Below are positions 1 through 11,766 of a stretch of 64,000 nucleotides of DNA, one piece after another. The stretch is from Raillietiella orientalis. Its lineage: Eukaryota. A model generated the notes under the pieces. That model was given only the letters and a program-made list of their open reading frames with translations. It was not told where the DNA came from and did not search any database. The DNA lies in NCBI GenBank assembly GCA_036172245.1, contig JAYWIR010000034.1, positions 1,922,001 to 1,986,000 on the forward strand, given 5' to 3'. The position numbers were made by a program, and so were the translations under genes. Numbering within the stretch: the stretch's first letter is position 1; each line of letters begins with the position of its first letter.

Positions 1-229
1 GATTATATATTATCAAGTACTGTAAATCATGTGGTTAAGGAAAGCATAATTTTTTTGATGTCATGTGAATGGCACAATAAAAGAAACAAGGCAGTCCATA
101 GTAACTCTTAAGATTGTTAGGTAGGGTTTTATAAACATAATTACAGTTGATTCAAAGCAGTTGATTTTCATCGAATGTAGTAGGAGCAAAACCTACTGCT
201 TAGTAAGTAATCACTGATTCTTGAGTTAT

Positions 230-720
230 CAATAGGTAGCTTTAGGAATTCACATTTTCAAATTTGCATTCATTTGGTTGGAGTAAGGGATTGAATTTTT
301 CTACGGTCTAGTTTTTACACAGCTATGGACGAACCTGCAAATGTGCTATTGAAAAAATCCAGCAAATCAAATGTGCAAGGAACTTAGTATATCCCAAGTT
401 ACACAAAGACTCAGTTTTCAGTAGATGGATGAATTGTTTGGGGTTCACTGAAGCACCATAATCGGAACTACCTTTAACGAAAACTACTTAAAAGCACTAC
501 AAAAACAAAGCAGTAATCATCATCCAGATAGGATCTCGAGATAAAGGAATCAGGAAGAATTCTGTAATTGGTGAAGGTTAGTTTTTTTCCATCTGGGTTT
601 CCAACATTGCACTAAAGCATTTCCATTTGAGAATTGATCCATCCATTTATATCATGAAGGTTGACATGGCACTATTTTAAGCATAGAAGACTGTATCAAC
701 TATCAGTACTACAAGGTCAT
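230..720 (-). mobile_element. Possible old LINE AP-endonuclease remnant (CR1/L2-like)
   Basis: Minus-strand translation gives, in order and across frameshifts and stops, HVNLHDIN (cf. GDFNLPDINW), SRSYLDD (cf. xILDL) and GSSDYGASV (cf. GxSDH). Weak and degenerate. Confidence 0.3.
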
Positions 721-1149
721 CAGACATTGAGATGATCTATTGACATCTGAGTCAGCTGATATAACGCCCTAATGGAACTAGTGAAAAGTTTTCATTGTGC
801 TTCCCCAAGTTGCTTGAATCGTATTTGAGCATAATAAAATATATTAACGTTTTTTGTGTGGATCCGTTCATACATTTGTCCACATCAAAAAAGGCGAGTG
901 TGGCCGCGAAAGTCACGCTTATCCTGAGTGGCGGAATGAAACTTACGTGTGCAAATGGCCAGGTATCCTTGTAGAACCCACGTTGTTAGGATTTCGATCA
1001 ATTGGAAAAATTTCGTCGTCAGCATTCTGAACACAAAATCAGATTTCATCTGCAGAGAAAATTTTGTTGCTCACTTGAAGTAATGACGATTATCTCAGGT
1101 TTGCACGGGTGAGGCCGCTTGTTTCCATTCGAAGATTGAGGAAATTCTT

Positions 1150-3720
1150 TCCTCGAGAGACCACCCGCATCTGGGCCACTCCTGAAGAAAATTCTGGGGT
1201 GCAGAAGCAACATGAAGGGGTGTGTTAAAATGAAGCTGCTTGCTGAGTTTCAGAAGGCATTTGGTTAAAACCGAAAACGCTTAATAAGTCAAGGCAGTTT
1301 ACAAAACTCAAGATGCTGGTGTTTCTTCATGAATGCGTCTGAATTCACGAGCTGCTGCAAACATGCATGAGAGCGCTCAATTAGTTTTTTTTTTATTGCG
1401 ACGACATCGCTCGAATTAAGGGAGCGTTTCGGTTTCTTCGGCCTGCTAGACTACAGGAATTACGTTTCGACTCAAGAGGAAACATCATGCTTGAGACCAA
1501 TGCACTGTCCTACCAATTACAGCGCTGGCACTACCATCCGCGCAAGTGGTCCGCCTGTCTGGAAGAAACACGAAGAACTTGGTGTAGTCTTCGGAAAGCA
1601 GCTGGGTGTTCGAAGGCTAACGGAACCTTCGGAAACGACTAGTGCTGCTGAACATGCTGCTGCTACTGTTACTCACATGGAAAGGAAAAAAAAGATAGTC
1701 TTACGCGGAAACTTTGAAGCACAAAGCCCTCGGGATGGCATGTAACAGCTCGCAAAGCGTGCTTTTGTGAACCATGGAATGATGCTGCGGACGTCTCTGC
1801 ACTCTTTAGAGCTCTTGCATAGACGCATACCCAGGCAAACACATCCATGTCTGCAAATCCGATGGTCTGGAAGCGTGAACTACCCATCTGGGAAATCAGA
1901 AAGGTCACAAAAGCTTTGCTCGGACGATTCCGCTGAGGAACTACTGATCTGCAATAAATTAACAAGTGCGTATAAATATGTGTCAGATTACCTGAATTCA
2001 TGCATGCTCTCGACAACGGGCAGGAAGTGGAGAGTGAAGATGAAGGGCAGACGAATGAAAGAATAAATGGGGGACGGGATAGATCAGCTTCAGGGTTTCA
2101 GCTGGACGGACCAAGGTTTGCATGGGGAAAGGAACGGCAGGTACGGGGGCCACCTAAATCTAGGCGGTTTCCCAAGTTTTTTCTTTGACACGGGGTCACT
2201 TCACTTACTTCACCTTAAAAGGAACTGTGAGTGCTACAGGGAAAGAAGTCCAGTCTTGATGGCAGTGATTTTGTAACGTCCCAGGCAAATGTCGCAGAGG
2301 ATGGTAGGTGCACGAGCCAGCTCAGAGTGCGTTCGTTACCTGCAAAGTGTAGCTACATCTTGCAGGTTCCATGTCTCTCCTGCAATGGAGAGACATGGAA
2401 CGACTTCATGCTAGACTCTTTCGAACCTTCTGATGATGGTCTTGTGACGCACACACCTCGGTGCTTGCGCTCCTCGGGGCGTGCATCGAAGCGTGCTTGA
2501 TTGGCGTTCTGCGTCCCAAGTGCACCAGCAGAATGCTACATGCTGGTGCAGCAGGCGCAGTGTAGGAAGCCAGATGATGCCAACGGGTACTTTAGAAGAT
2601 ACTCAACAACCTGCCGGTGATTCGCACATCAACTGCGTCACCGTCCACTAGGCAGTAGACTCGGCAACGCCTGCTATTTCACAGGGAATTTCTCGTGCAG
2701 GACCTCTTCCTTCTTCCTCTCAAAGGGCATCGACTCAGAGTAGTCACAAAGAATGTGGGATGACCATTAGCAGAAGGGCTCCCAGATGTCTAGGATCTCT
2801 GTGCGTGCGATCTTTCCAAGCAAGCCGAGCTGATCATTCTTTGCTGTGCTGGCGATGAGCTTCCTCTTTCAGGGCTTGAAAGCTCCGCCCTTCCTCCGCA
2901 TGTTTTTGTTTGAGTGAACGGCAAGCAATCTACATGCTCTCGCTTTTCGCCAACGTGTCAAGAGGGAAGCAGCCACAGAGGCCGCAGACATCGCTCCGGA
3001 AAGCACCAGCCCCCGGAAGACCCTGCATCTCGGAGAGCAAGGAAGGTCTTTCTGTCCTTGGAAGAACCTCGCTCAGACCTGAGGGGACATGAAACCACAT
3101 CAGACTTGCGACTTGTCTGTTTGCTCCAGATGGAAAAAAAAGGTAAGCGAAGAAGAGGGACGGAAATCCAGAGAGACGAGGACGCAGCGGGAGACTGTGG
3201 AACTCCGCGCCTTCCCCAGGAAGCTGGAGGCAAACCTTCCTCGGAGAGGAAGGTCACACTAAAAGCCCCGACTAGAGTCAGGAATAGACTCCCAGGAGTT
3301 TGCAACGGAAACAGATCTCCTCTACTACCTCAGAGATGTTCCGATTCGGATGACTGGCCCTGGAAACTCATCTGACTGAGACCTGATGAACAACGTGAAG
3401 ATGAAGGGATGGATAGCGGCAGGAGGCAGAAAGCGTGACTGACAGTACACATCTGCAATGGATGCCTAAGGATCCCTGCCTCGGAAAGGAAGGTGAAGGA
3501 AGGTGCTCGGCAAGGAGTCCGAGGGTCATGGCGGCACTGACGTACACCCCTTCCCCTACTCCACACCGCAGACAACCCCTTCGCGGTGATGCTCCAGCCA
3601 GTTCTTCCCTCAGGGTTACTCTCTCCGATGCAAACTCCAGCTCCTGTTCTGACTCCTTCCTTCTGATCGAGGAAGCCAATTAGGAAGCTGAGAGAACAGC
3701 TGCTACAGCAGAAGACCGCG
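1150..3720 (+). mobile_element. Degenerate L1/Tx1-like non-LTR retrotransposon, 5' portion (ORF1, endonuclease, start of RT)
   Basis: ORF1-like MKLLAEF...NRKRLIS (~1230) resembles MKLILET...NRPRIIT of the copy at 9410. An acidic stretch DNGQEVESEDE (~2010) is followed by G*ISFRV (~2075, cf. endonuclease start WxNxRG), HLNLGGF (~2150), GID (~2725) and later RT-domain-0-like sequence. Many stops and frameshifts; boundaries approximate. Confidence 0.5.
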
Positions 3721-6700
3721 CCCATAAAAGCAGTCTGGGAATCTGCGGTCGTGTAAACTGAAACGCAGACAGATCTGAAGAGCGAAAGAGGAAGAGAAGA
3801 AACGCGGCCATCTCGCCATCCTTTATTTCGAAGGCCGATGACGGTCGTCTATAGAGGTGACTCTGCTCCTAGGCGACTCCGCAGCGGTCTGAGAGTAGAG
3901 TCCTCTCAAGAGGTTGAACGACGGAGGACGGAGCTCAGGGACCATAGGTCCTTGCAGTAGCGACCGGGAAGAGAACCAGGAAGATGCGAATGTGCGATGC
4001 TCAGGATCACTCATGTAGAAGGAAGAGGCCTTCATGATCACCACCGGGGTGAGAGCAGGCCGACGCATACGGGGAGGGTCGAGAAGTTGCAAAGGCAAAG
4101 GTTGCAAGAGCGGGGATGGGTTCAGGAGCACGGGGTTATAATAGGATAAGAAAGGACGCCGCTCTCCCGTAGGTGGGTGGAAAGGAAGTAGGAATAGAGT
4201 CTTCTTCCTCCTCTTCCCCCCCCTTCCCCTCCGTTGTTTTTTTACCTCTCTCTCTCAGGGAAGCTTTGCGCCCTGACCAAGCCTTCTGGGAGGCCGCTGA
4301 GAAGGAGGTGAGGTTCCGCTTCTGGTGGATATAGTGGATTCGGGATGTGCCATGGAGCGGCCTTTCCTTCTGAGCGCGCTAAAGGTCCGTCTCCGGTGCT
4401 GAAGATGGGCCGCGCTTCTCGGGAGCGGCTGCATTGACAACCTTGACTTCCGTTCCGGGATGATGATGCCGGCTGCTAGACCAGCAGAGACCCCTGGGGT
4501 TCATTTGGTCAGATAGGGACGGAGCGGATCTGGGATGCTGCAGCGGCAGCAGCAATGCAGGTGCCTTCGGGGAACCCCGCGAACAGAGGAGAAAAGCCAC
4601 CGGGGTGATTTTGCGCTTCCCAGCTTCCAGATTTTTATCTCGCTCTTGGAGTCATTGGTGCCTATCCGTAGTCGGGCGGCACATCCCGGACGGACAACAA
4701 ATGGATAGCTGACTTCCTGGTGTTCTTAGCCATTCTTCGTGTCTTGTTTCTTCTGCCCGCAAGCTGCTCAATTCCTTTTTTCTGCTTTTTCCCCCTCGCC
4801 GGGGTTGCCTTTTTGTTTGTTTTTGCTGCCCTCCGTCACGCCTCTGCTCGCGGATGCATCCGAAGTGCTCGGTAAAGCGCGGCGGATCTCTGAAAAGTCC
4901 TGATCTCCAGACCTCCCTTTCCAAGGCAGCGTGAGCAGCTCAATCACCGCCAAGTTTCCCGTTTTTCCCCGGATTTTCTCCCAGATTCGCGTCGCTCCAA
5001 AAGCTTTTTTAAAGCTCCCTCATGTGTAATTCCACGAGGGCAGCAAGATGCTCCAGTAAACCGGCTCAATTTCTGGCAAGTACACCGTTTCATGAGGTTT
5101 CTCGGACACTGCGCGCACTCGGGATCAAATGAACGCGAAGATCACATTGCTTGCGGCTTGTTATGAGCCTGCGGTTCGCTTGATCGGGCGGAATTCCGGA
5201 CGCATCCCACCTGCCTTCCTGAACTGCTAAGAGGATGTGTGATCTCGTAAGTTGCATAAATGTTTCCATTCGTCATCGTCTTGTTAAGATCAGGTTTCGA
5301 AGTAGAAACGGGGAGTAGTTGGGTTTGCAACAACGTTATCGAGGGACTGCTGCTTGCCACATACCATTTTGAAAAAAAAAAAAAAAATTGTGCATGGGGA
5401 ATTTTGAGAGAGGGAGAGGGAGGGATTAAATAGCAAAACACATTTACACTCAAATAGGAGGCGCTTATTTAAAAGACGGATTCCTAATAATCCGTCGCTA
5501 ACAGAGATCCGCAAAAGAGGCAACGTCATAATCAAAAAACATAGTAGAAATAGCATTCGCTCGGATGGACGCATCCATGATGAGATCGAACCGATTGCAA
5601 CCTATTAGGAACCCACCCTTTGTTTCTTAAACGGTTCTGCAAGCATTCTGATGGCTTTTGCTGTTCCTCAGAAATAAGGCGTTAGAAAAACGAAAAACAG
5701 AAAGAAGCGCAGAAGGCAAAAAGTGGTGCTCATCGAAACTTGCTAACGCCAGTTTTCGCGTGAAGTGTACCTGGAACACCGTCGACGAGTGTTCCACCGA
5801 CACGCTGAGCAGAAACCACACGAAATAGACTACGGGAAAGTCCGGCTGCAGCACCGTTGGTTTTGCGACCGGTGTGCGACCGTACGCAGCGGTGTCGCCA
5901 TGGGAACGCGTTTCTCTGCTGGTCAAAGAGGCGGCAAGTCGTGCGGGGTGGGTGCTTCCAGGGAAAGAAGCTTCCAGGGGCTTCTGTGCACGTTCTGCAT
6001 GAGAAAAAAGGAAGCTTCCGCTTCTGGGGAATTCGGGAGCTTTCCCTCATTCCCTCCCTACCTCCCTCCCCCACTGTGGGTGGGCTGATCGGTGTGCCGT
6101 GTCAAGCGCGCGCGAGAGAGAGAGCGCGTTTGAAGATCGGGGTTTCTTCGGAAAGGCAGCGCTATTTAGGGGATGCGTCCGGGTCAAACCGATCGATCTG
6201 TTTCTGTTGGAACGACCTCGGCATCGTCTGCATCCTGTGCGTCTTGGCAGTCATGGGGACAAAAACGTCGAGGCGGGGGAGGGGCAGGAGGGCGCCGAAG
6301 GCTTCCGCGCTTCCCCGAGTCCGCGGCCGACTTCTCTGGCGCGCGCGCGCGCGGGGAGAGGTTGGTAGGCTTGCGAGGAGCGGGAGGCGATCCCGCAGGA
6401 ACGCGCAGCAGGGGTGGATCGGAGGCAGGGAAGGCCCCGACACGCTCGCCTCCTCTCCCAAGACGCCCCGCGATCCAGTCACCGGGAGCTCCGGCCCAGG
6501 CGCTTGCGTTCCCCGGGACCGACCGCGGCGTTGCTTCCTGCCTACTCCTCGCCCTCAGAGGTCCACCTAGGTCCTCCGAGGCGCGCCCTGCGCGGCCTCG
6601 TTTCGTCCCGAGGCACGGAACTGGAAGCACAGTTTCCGGGAGCGCAGCTGAAAGCCGGGTAAGGGGATCTTGTCCTTTTCCTTCAGGAGAGAAGAGGGAA

Positions 6701-6870
6701 TGAAGGACCTGTGTGCCCTGGCAGCCAGTGCCTTCCGTCCCAGCCTCTGCCCTTACCGCTGGCCCCGAGCAGGCGTAGTCGCGGAGCGCCGCCGGGGTCA
6801 TTCCGGGGTCTCGGGGGTCAGGTCTTGTCTACTTCCAGACCCCCAGCGTCCGCCTCCCGGAGGAAACGCC

Positions 6871-8463
6871 ATGATCAGCAGCCTCCAGTTCGTCGGAAGG
6901 AAGCTAAGCATCTTCGAGAGGATAGACAGGCTCCGCAGGCGCAGCAGATCAGGTGCGTGCGGAGTGGGAAGGAAGAGCGCGGCTCCGTCCTGCCCCATCC
7001 GCTATGTGGAAGCGGGAACGAGAGCAAGGAGGTTCCAAGCTTCCCTGTCCCTTGTAGCCAAGGAGGACGCCCCTTACTCGTCGGACGCCCTCAGGTACGT
7101 TCCGCACGACCTCGGCCACCTGGCGGGAGCCACCAAGTTCACGCGGCGGGAGCTATGTCTCCTCTACAAGGAGTTCAAGCAGCTGTGCCCCGCGGGCTCC
7201 ATCGATGAGAAGCGCTTCCGGGAGCTCTTTGGCAGGTTCTTCCCTCCCAGTAACGCCGCTTTTTTCCCTTTGCCCTGCCCCCGCCCTCGGCCGGCGCGCG
7301 GGAAAACCTGCCGGGGCGAGCAGAGGGGGCGATCCACAGCCAGTCTTGCAGATTCCTCGACTTATGCCGCGCACGTCTTCCGTAACATCCGGTCCAGCAG
7401 CGGTAGCGACTGCATCCGGTTCCAGGATCTCGTGGTCACCCTGTCGTCCTTATGCAGGGGCACCCTGGAGGAGAAGCTGCGGTGGACCTTCAGGTAGGTA
7501 GCGCACACACTCCTCGGCCCGCCGCCGCCTCCTTCCTCTCGCGGAGAGAGTACCGGCTGACCCCCAGGCGCGCGACGGGGACTGTGACGCCCAGGGAGGC
7601 AGCTGAGGGATGCTCGCTGAGGAGCCGGGGCCTTGGGATGGCATGGCTGTGCTGCAGCGGCAGCCAGAGAGGAGGAAACGACGGCCCCAGTCCGGAAATC
7701 AGCTTCCCGGGGGACCTGAGCTCCTGTCTCTTTCCAGCCTCTACGATATCGACGGCAACGGACTCGTGACGAGGGAAGAGATCTCGGAGATTGTCCGGTC
7801 CATCTACGCACTGATGGGAAGCCTCTCCGAACGCGTGTCGGAGGCCAAGATCTCCAAGAAGACCGACGCGTTTCTCCAGGTGCGGTCGAGGGAAGGACGG
7901 GAGGGGGAAGGGGATGCACCGCCTTCTGCCTTACCCCCATCCTGCGAGCGGAGAACTCTGACCCGAGAACAGGAGACCAGCACCCTCCTTCCACAGCGGC
8001 CCTCTTCCGGCACCCAGGGTCGCCGAAGGCACGAGGGGGAACAGCGCGCGTCCGTCCCTGTCGCGGCTCCCTCCAAAGGGGACGCGGGTCGCCGCACTCG
8101 GCGGGAGCTTTGGGAAGAGGAGGACAGCCTGGAGTTCGGCTTCCGAAAGCTCCAGTTTGGACCGGGTCTGCTGCCCCCTTCCCTCCCTCCCTACATTCCT
8201 TTCCCTCCTGGGCGGAAGATAGTTGGCTGCTTTTTCCAGCGGGCCGCTCACAGCGTGCATCACTCTTCCAGAGATTCAAGCTCGCCGAGGATGGAGCCCT
8301 AACGGAGAGGGAGTTCATCAGCGCGTGTCTGCAGGTGAGTAACGGACCCTCCTCCCTCCTTTAGGATCCTCCTCCTCCTCTCCCCTCCCCGCTCTCCTTG
8401 CGCAAGCTCTTCATTCCACTGGACCGTCCTGCTCGGGGAAAAGAAAAGGCAGGGAGCACGTGA
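6871..8463 (+). CDS. KChIP: Kv channel-interacting protein (KChIP)/neuronal calcium sensor family EF-hand protein
   Basis: Exons 6871-6952, 7058-7249, 7352-7493, 7738-7879, 8272-8334 and 8365-8463, all GT-AG and phase-compatible. Family motifs: [84 protein letters not shown]. The last exon (after a 30-nt intron, starting DP) and the exact start codon are less certain. Confidence 0.9.
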
Positions 8464-10954
8464 GGGGAGAAGGGAGGGATCAGTTCGTAGCTGGTCAGAA
8501 CCCTGCAATCGGGGGCTGAAGACTTTGTAGCAACCCCGCTGATGACTCAGTCAGCCCCATCATAATAAAGAGACCACGCGTTGATCTCGCTTTCTGCCTC
8601 TGTTTTTCGTTTGCGTATGAGAGTTTTTTTTCCCCTGTACGGCTCGGAAGATTTGTTCGGCCGATAAAGCGCATCGCGTGTTGAATTCCAATGCACATCT
8701 CGATGACCGATCGCCTGTAATGAAAGCAACATGAGATAACATAAACACGAATAGACCTGAGGATGCGATGAGCCCGCTAATGCGCACAAAAGTACAACGC
8801 ATCTTCTAATGCGGTCTTCATCCCAGCCGTAATGAAACTACATCCGGTTCACATAAACTGATTCTAAGTATCCTGGTTTGATTGGAGGATATCATTATTT
8901 TACAAATAGCCCTTTTGTGGTTCATTTGCTACTATCACAGATACGTCAGTGAATCGGAAATGGCTTCACATTAACTCTTTCAGTTATTCAACCAGATCTC
9001 CAAGCAACCGAATCAACAACGCGAAGTCAAGCGTTCACATGCATCCGCTAAATTTGATCTGCTTCTCCTTGTCCAGGGGTACCATGTTTTTTTTTTCTTT
9101 CTGCTTTTCCTTTTTCCCTAGCTTTAACTCAGGTGATCTTCTACTGATGATCTTCTACTGGTGATCTAGAGTTGTCTCTGTTGTATTGTCGTTGACGTAA
9201 GTTTCGTGCCTGCGTTTGATGGTCTGAACCGAGACCTCATTTTGTTCCATTTTTTTTTTAAAGAAAAATTCTTTTCTTTAGTGCGTAATCGCAAAAACCA
9301 CTGTATAACAGTTCGCGCGGAAACATCGAAACTCCTTTAATTGATTAAAAGTCAAGTTCCTGCGGATACTCCCGAAAGATGAAAAATAGGGGGAATATTC
9401 TGATTCCCATTGTTCATGGAGGAGTTTCCACACATTTTCGAGATAATAGTCTGCGGAAGAAAAAAACTCTCGAGAAAGAGGAAAGGGGGAGTAGCGAAAG
9501 CGAGACAGATGAAACTGATCCTAGAAACGGGTCGATGGCTTCTAAGAAATCGCCCACGAATCATAACGAGTCTGCTTAAAGAATGCAAATACATGGCAGA
9601 AAACGCAATTGCACCGTAAAGTTAGTGTCATGGGAGGATCCACTTAATAAGTGGCTCCACATTCAGGCCAAGCCCTTTAAAGTGGATAACGCATTTTGTT
9701 GACGAACTACGAGCAGCGTGGCTATTGGACAACTTAAGTCACATTCGCGTGTGCCCCAGCACGAGTTGAGAGTACAAACTGGCTACGGTACAAACTGACG
9801 CAGGGAGGAGGACGCGAGCAGAAGCTGAAAAGGCATCGAACGAGGCAACGGATTTCATCATGACGCGCGTACCCGTGATGAATGATTCGCAGAGGAAGGA
9901 TCGATGACATGCGTCAAGTGGAACAGAGCAGGGAGATTTCTTGCTCGGAGAGAGGTCGGACCTCGGGAGCTGAGAGCTGCGTCTCTGAGAGCTTCTAGAA
10001 AACCGCCGCGAGCTGTCCTGTTTCGGGAGGACACTTTGAGCAATCACTAAGTCGCCGTCAGAGGGAGGAGGCAGGCGGCTCCCCCCGCGTGCACTCTCCG
10101 CGCCAGTTCGTGGCCCACATCACGGGCGCAGCGGAGAATCCCCCGCGGCCCAGCCCGTTGATGGACCCAAGACAGGTAGTTCAAAGTCGAGACTCCAGTC
10201 GCGCCAGCTGCATCGAGAGCGAAAGGAGTCGCCAGAGAAGAGCGAAGTGAACCTCAGAGGCACAGCATCCCAGCCGAACTCGCGCAAACGAGACAGCTGC
10301 CGGGGGCAGATGACTTCCGGCGTTGTTGAAGTCAACCGCAGCTCTGCGAGCGAACTGTATTGGCGAAAACAAGCCTTCCGTTCCCCCGCTGCCAGGGATG
10401 GGGGGAGGACGACCACGTGGATGGATCAAAAAGGTGCGCAATAATACTGCGAAGTCAGGACAGAGGCGAAGGTCGCGGGGAGTCATGAAGAGGAGACAGG
10501 AGGAAGGGACATGCAGGCAGAAGACATCCTGCTCGATTCCCAGCCCTACTGGAGCGTTCCCTCTTCCTTTCCGACCTTGCACACACGTACGCTCGCTCCT
10601 CCTTTCCCTGGAATCCAAGACGTTGGATCAAATGGCACTCGAAGAAACCAATGGGAACCCTGGATCCCTAGCGGGAAGTAGCTCGATAATGTCTTCGGTT
10701 CCTGAGACCGGCTGCAATTCCCAAGAGGAGGAGGAGGAGGGGAGCGGCAAGCAGAAGAAGCTCGAACCACCATGTCCGGTTGGTGAGCAGCCACAGCGGC
10801 CGCGATGCCGTCCGCTCCTGCGCCCTTCGTTCAAGACTACGTGTTCTTCCCCCAGCGTGCGTCGCAGCCCACGAGTGCGCAGCAGCAGCAGCTTCGATTC
10901 CCATCCGGGTGCGCCAGGGCGTTTATTCTTTCGAATTAAACATTGACAGAATCT

Positions 10955-11040
10955 GTGGCTGGATGTTCAGCGCTAGATGCGCAGCCCACGCTCTAGATGT
11001 TCAAAGTTCGAAGTCACCGGTTCGCAGACCGGTGCTTCCA
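10955..11040 (+). repeat. Possible tRNA-derived SINE head nested in the retroelement
   Basis: A-box-like gtggctggatg followed by a T-arm-like hairpin caccgg-ttcgcaga-ccggtg. No complete cloverleaf. Confidence 0.25.
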
Positions 11041-11631
11041 GGATGGAGGCGGCCATCGCCCTTCCTCCGCTCCGAGGGGCCCCGCAGCCCGCGGAAACGA
11101 CATCTTCCAGCTTCATTCCCTCCGTGTGTTCCCTGCGTTCGATTCCTCCCTTCGCGGCCTGGCTGGCTTCCAGCTCGTCCTGATCTGGGACCCCATTCCC
11201 GTCGTTTGCAGACTTCCGCTCCCGCCCCCTTTCCCTCCAGAGCTTTTTGCTTTCCTCTCTCCCCTCCCTTGGGGGCAAAGGGGGAGAACATTACCCCGAC
11301 ATCCACCTGCATCCTGTCCTCGCCCCCCCCCCCCCCCCCATTTACAGGGTTTCACGAGTCGTCTCCCCTCTCGCTGCAGGGTGGGGTGGGTGGGGGCAAG
11401 CAGCACGGAGGAGGGCGGAGCTGTTCATGGCGTCGAGAGGCTCGATAGGAGCTGGCACCGGTCCATCCAGCGACGCGAAAGCCCTTCTCGCACGAGACGC
11501 CCCAAGGGGAGGGCGGTACCTTCAGGACCTCCTTCCTTTCTTTACCTCCTCCTGCCCTCGGGAGGCTGCCGAAGCGAACAGTCCGAAGGAAATGACACCT
11601 CATTCTCCCGCGACTTCTTGGCTCTCGAGTT

Positions 11632-11766
11632 CGGGGAAGGAGGAAGAAGGGAGGGAGGAGGAGGAGGACGAGGAGGAAGGAAGGAGACGAAGAAGAGAAA
11701 GAAGAAAGGTAGGGGAGGATGGGAAAAAGAAGAGTAAGGGAAGGAGAAGAAAAAGGGAGGAGGAAA
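11632..11766 (+). repeat. Purine-rich (GGA/GAA) low-complexity tract
   Basis: About 135 nt almost entirely G/A, followed by GAT/GAC triplets, immediately before the endonuclease start of the retroelement. Confidence 0.85.

Noticed and set aside
3823..5000. Minus-strand ORFs and one possible splice donor between the first retroelement and KChIP
   Set aside because: No coherent exon chain or recognisable protein motif could be built.
7362..8318. 318-codon minus-strand ORF overlapping KChIP
   Set aside because: A shadow ORF in GC-rich sequence with no recognisable motif.
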